Source: Chrysemys picta bellii (lineage: Eukaryota). From it: 64,000 nt of DNA. The notes below the pieces were generated by a model. It was not told the DNA's origin. It made no database searches and worked only from the letters and a program-made list of their open reading frames with translations. Positions 61,047 to 64,000 of the stretch are shown here, in pieces. The position numbers and the translations under genes were made by a program. The stretch spans positions 111,910,001 to 111,974,000 of the forward strand of contig NC_088796.1 in assembly GCF_011386835.1 (NCBI RefSeq). Reading direction: 5' to 3'. Numbering within the stretch: the stretch's first letter is position 1; each line of letters starts with the position of its first letter.

Positions 61047-61099
61047 TTTAGAACCTTTCACTGAGTTCTTAGCAACATCCAAATGTGCATATCAGGCTG

Positions 61100-61310
61100 A
61101 TGACTAGCAATAAACAAACCATGGCATGAGCATAAAGAATGCTGGAGAACACACGTAACTCTCTCTTGAAGGTGGGAAAGTGTCACAGTCTTAAGGATCT
61201 TAAAAGTCAGTAACATGACCTTGAAGTTAATGTTCAGTTTAATGGGCAGCCAATGTAATTGAATTAATAATGGCATAAGTAAGCCGCATGAATCTGAACA
61301 GCCTAAAGTG
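61100..61310 (-). mobile_element. Ancient L2 LINE ORF2 C-terminal relic
   Basis: Minus-strand translation PLLIQLHWLPIKLNINFKVMLLTFKIL matches the L2/CR1-clade LHWLP...FK.LLL.FK motif (LHWLPI at 61241-61258). Confidence 0.75.
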
Positions 61311-64000
61311 TATGGACACAAAAAAGAGGGAATCCAACAAGCAGGCGAATATTAAACCATTCCCTTAATTTCCTCTGCATTGTATGTTTCCAACCCTCAA
61401 GATTGCATACGAGTCTGTGATCAATTTTGTAGAGGCTGACAATTAGATATAAAGCTTTACAAGTTCATTGTTGATAATGTCAGTGCCATGAAGAAAATTC
61501 AGGCCAGTTACAATGTGTGGTACAAAGCTATCTAAAATTGTAAGTGTGGGCGTTTCAAGCATGGGTCTTATCTCATTTGAAATTGAAATATGTTTGCAAT
61601 GCTTGAATGTGGGAAGATTAATTATCACCTCTGTTTCAAAATAAGAAGCAGTAGAAACCCATCACAGGAAAAAGGGGAAGTGACATTGTCGACAGCTAAC
61701 AAGAAAGGCTTTTTTTTTTTTTTCAGCTGGAAAATAATGCAAAAAAAGAAACAAAAGCATTCATTCTCTAATCTGCAGCCATAGGAAAATGGTATTTGAT
61801 AACAACTGAACCCTCCAACACAATCCCAAGACCACATTTTTGTTAATTGACAAATAGCAGCAAACTAGGATATTGAGCTCATTTTCATAAGCCTACTGAT
61901 TTAATCATGTTTTAAGCTTTCTACTTTCCTAAACTTATTCCAGCTCCTGATTCCTCCAAGCAGGTAAAATGGTTGCCTGAAGGTATCATGATGCCGGTTA
62001 GAAGGTTAAAAAATGCACATTATAGTACGTTGCACTCTGATGTATGTCAATAAAAGACCAGGATGCAGCAAATGTTCCTGTGCACTGCTTGAATACAGCT
62101 GTCTTTCAAATTGTAGGTAAATAGCTCCCTCTCATGCTCCAGTGGTTGGGATCAGACCCCTTTGATATTTCATATCCAGGGTCACTTACAAAGATGCTGC
62201 TCTACTTTTTTTTAAAGCAATCTGAAGACATCCATAGTTAGTATTACCCTAATTCAGTATCAAAGCTTCCTCGTATAATTTCCAAAATGGCACTGCAAAG
62301 CATCCCTCTCTTGGTTCAGTTAATGGGGTTTGAAGATAGCAAGGTCGCTACCTGCATCACATATTACAATAGCAAGATGAAAGAGACTTACATTCAAGAC
62401 TGTGGAAACGCTTTCCACCCCATCTGTGTTTCTCTGTCTCATTTCTGGTTGATCAGTGACAATAAGGTACCATTTTAGAGGAAAGTCAACACAGTGATTA
62501 ATCAGACTGTAATTGAGCATGGGAGTGACTTGTGTTAAAAAACCATCATGATTTCAGCTGTAACAAAAAAAATTAATAAAAAAGCCCTTGGGAAATTTGC
62601 ACACACACTTTCCCCATTTCATATCACATAACTTTGCACACACACATCCTTCCCCCCAGTTTGCTTTCCCTCCACCTCCACATTTTGTTGGAATACCCAT
62701 TTTTGCACAAAAATGCTCACTTTTGCATGTTTACAATGGAAAAGTCACCTTTGCTTGGAAAAAGGGGCAGTTTTCAACCCAAACTCATTTTTATGGGGAT
62801 TTATGCACACCTTCGTGACATTTCCCACATAAATGGGCCTAGATTTCAGTTCCTAATAGCACATGAAGAACCTTGAGTTTCAAGTCATTTTTCATTTTAT
62901 TATAAATATTTCACATACCTCTAGTCATGACTCAGATGAATCTATTACATTTGTCCTGTTCACCTTCCTTCTGTAACTTGGTATTTGGTATAAAAAAAGA
63001 AAAGAAAAGTTAGTGAAATGACGTTGTGCATATGTACTGTCTTGAGTTTTCCTGACTTCCCTGTCAATTTTTTTCAGAGCCATTATAAGCCCTACAGGGG
63101 CAATTTAGCTTAGTCAAAGTCAAGCTGCCTTCTATCAGCCTCTTACATCTTCAAGAACAGTAATCATTCCTGAAACTGAACGAGTTTTCTGATATCTTGA
63201 TCTTGCTGATGTTGAATGAGGCAAACAAAGTCAGCTTGATTCTCTTAAATTCAGATTAATCTGTAGTGCATAAAGTAATAAAAACATTATTTTGACTATC
63301 AAACTGAGCAGATATGACAGCAGTCGTCAGGGGAAAACGTGTGTCATACACATACATAAACATGCCACAACAACAAGCTGTAATGTTTCATACCGACTTT
63401 GCTTTCTTCGCAGGAACACTTTGCTGCAAAATTGCCTCTGGAGGGGGAAAAAAGTAATGGCTTGTATTGTCTAGAAAGAGATAATATAAAAATGGATTGT
63501 TTAGAAAAATAAACAGCACAAAGGCTTTTACAATGAATCACCTGAATGAATGTTGCCAACCTGCCATCAAGGGCTGCATCATGAGTGGCTGTGTGCATGC
63601 AAAACACATTGTCAGCAATGCAAACTTAGGGGCATACAGCTAGGGCTGTGCAAAATTTACAGCTCGACCCTGAGCCCAGCTGAAATCAAGGTTCTAGCAA
63701 AACCTGTGAACAATCAGCTGAGCTTCATGAATAACTAGACTTTGACTTATGCATTTTGCACCAGCTAAAGTGCAAGAGAGTTATGGAGGGAGGCCCTAAT
63801 CCTGCACTATTGAGGTCAATATGAGCTTAGCATATGATTTCAGTGGGTGCAGGGTCAAGGCTGGAGTCATTTTTGGTACCTGCTGGCTTTTGGGTGAGTA
63901 AAGAGTAAGCATTAGCTCCCCCTCCCACTACAGAAATGTATTAGACTTAAGGACAATGCTGCTTACCTGGTACTTGCACCAAACTTAATAGACAGGATAG

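Overview
Vertebrate, almost certainly turtle (Testudines), non-coding genomic DNA (intron or gene desert). The turtle assignment is inferred from the tRNA-derived SINEs with CR1-type tails, the CR1 3' ends and the Harbinger/hAT MITE families. I recognise no host protein-coding exon; nearly all six-frame ORFs are spurious or TE-derived. The main feature is a complete ~5.0-kb PIF/Harbinger DNA transposon (27221-32211) with TIRs and a TTA target duplication. It carries a DDE transposase (+) and a spliced Myb/SANT (trihelix) gene (-) in convergent orientation, both mutationally disabled. Two extras inside it are not explained by the two-gene Harbinger model: a 194-codon open frame nested antisense in the Myb-gene intron, and a tRNA-SINE fragment just upstream of the transposase. 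The rest is a layered TE landscape: CR1 and L2 relics, two turtle SINEs, several solo LTRs with 5-bp TSDs, hAT MITEs with 8-bp TSDs, a hAT relic retaining its dimerization domain, Harbinger-ended MITEs, a Penelope-like hairpin insertion with a 12-bp TSD, a dispersed short palindrome family and a 196-N gap. A few TE-poor stretches could be conserved enhancers but cannot be confirmed from sequence alone. Family names are from recalled consensus motifs, not database searches.
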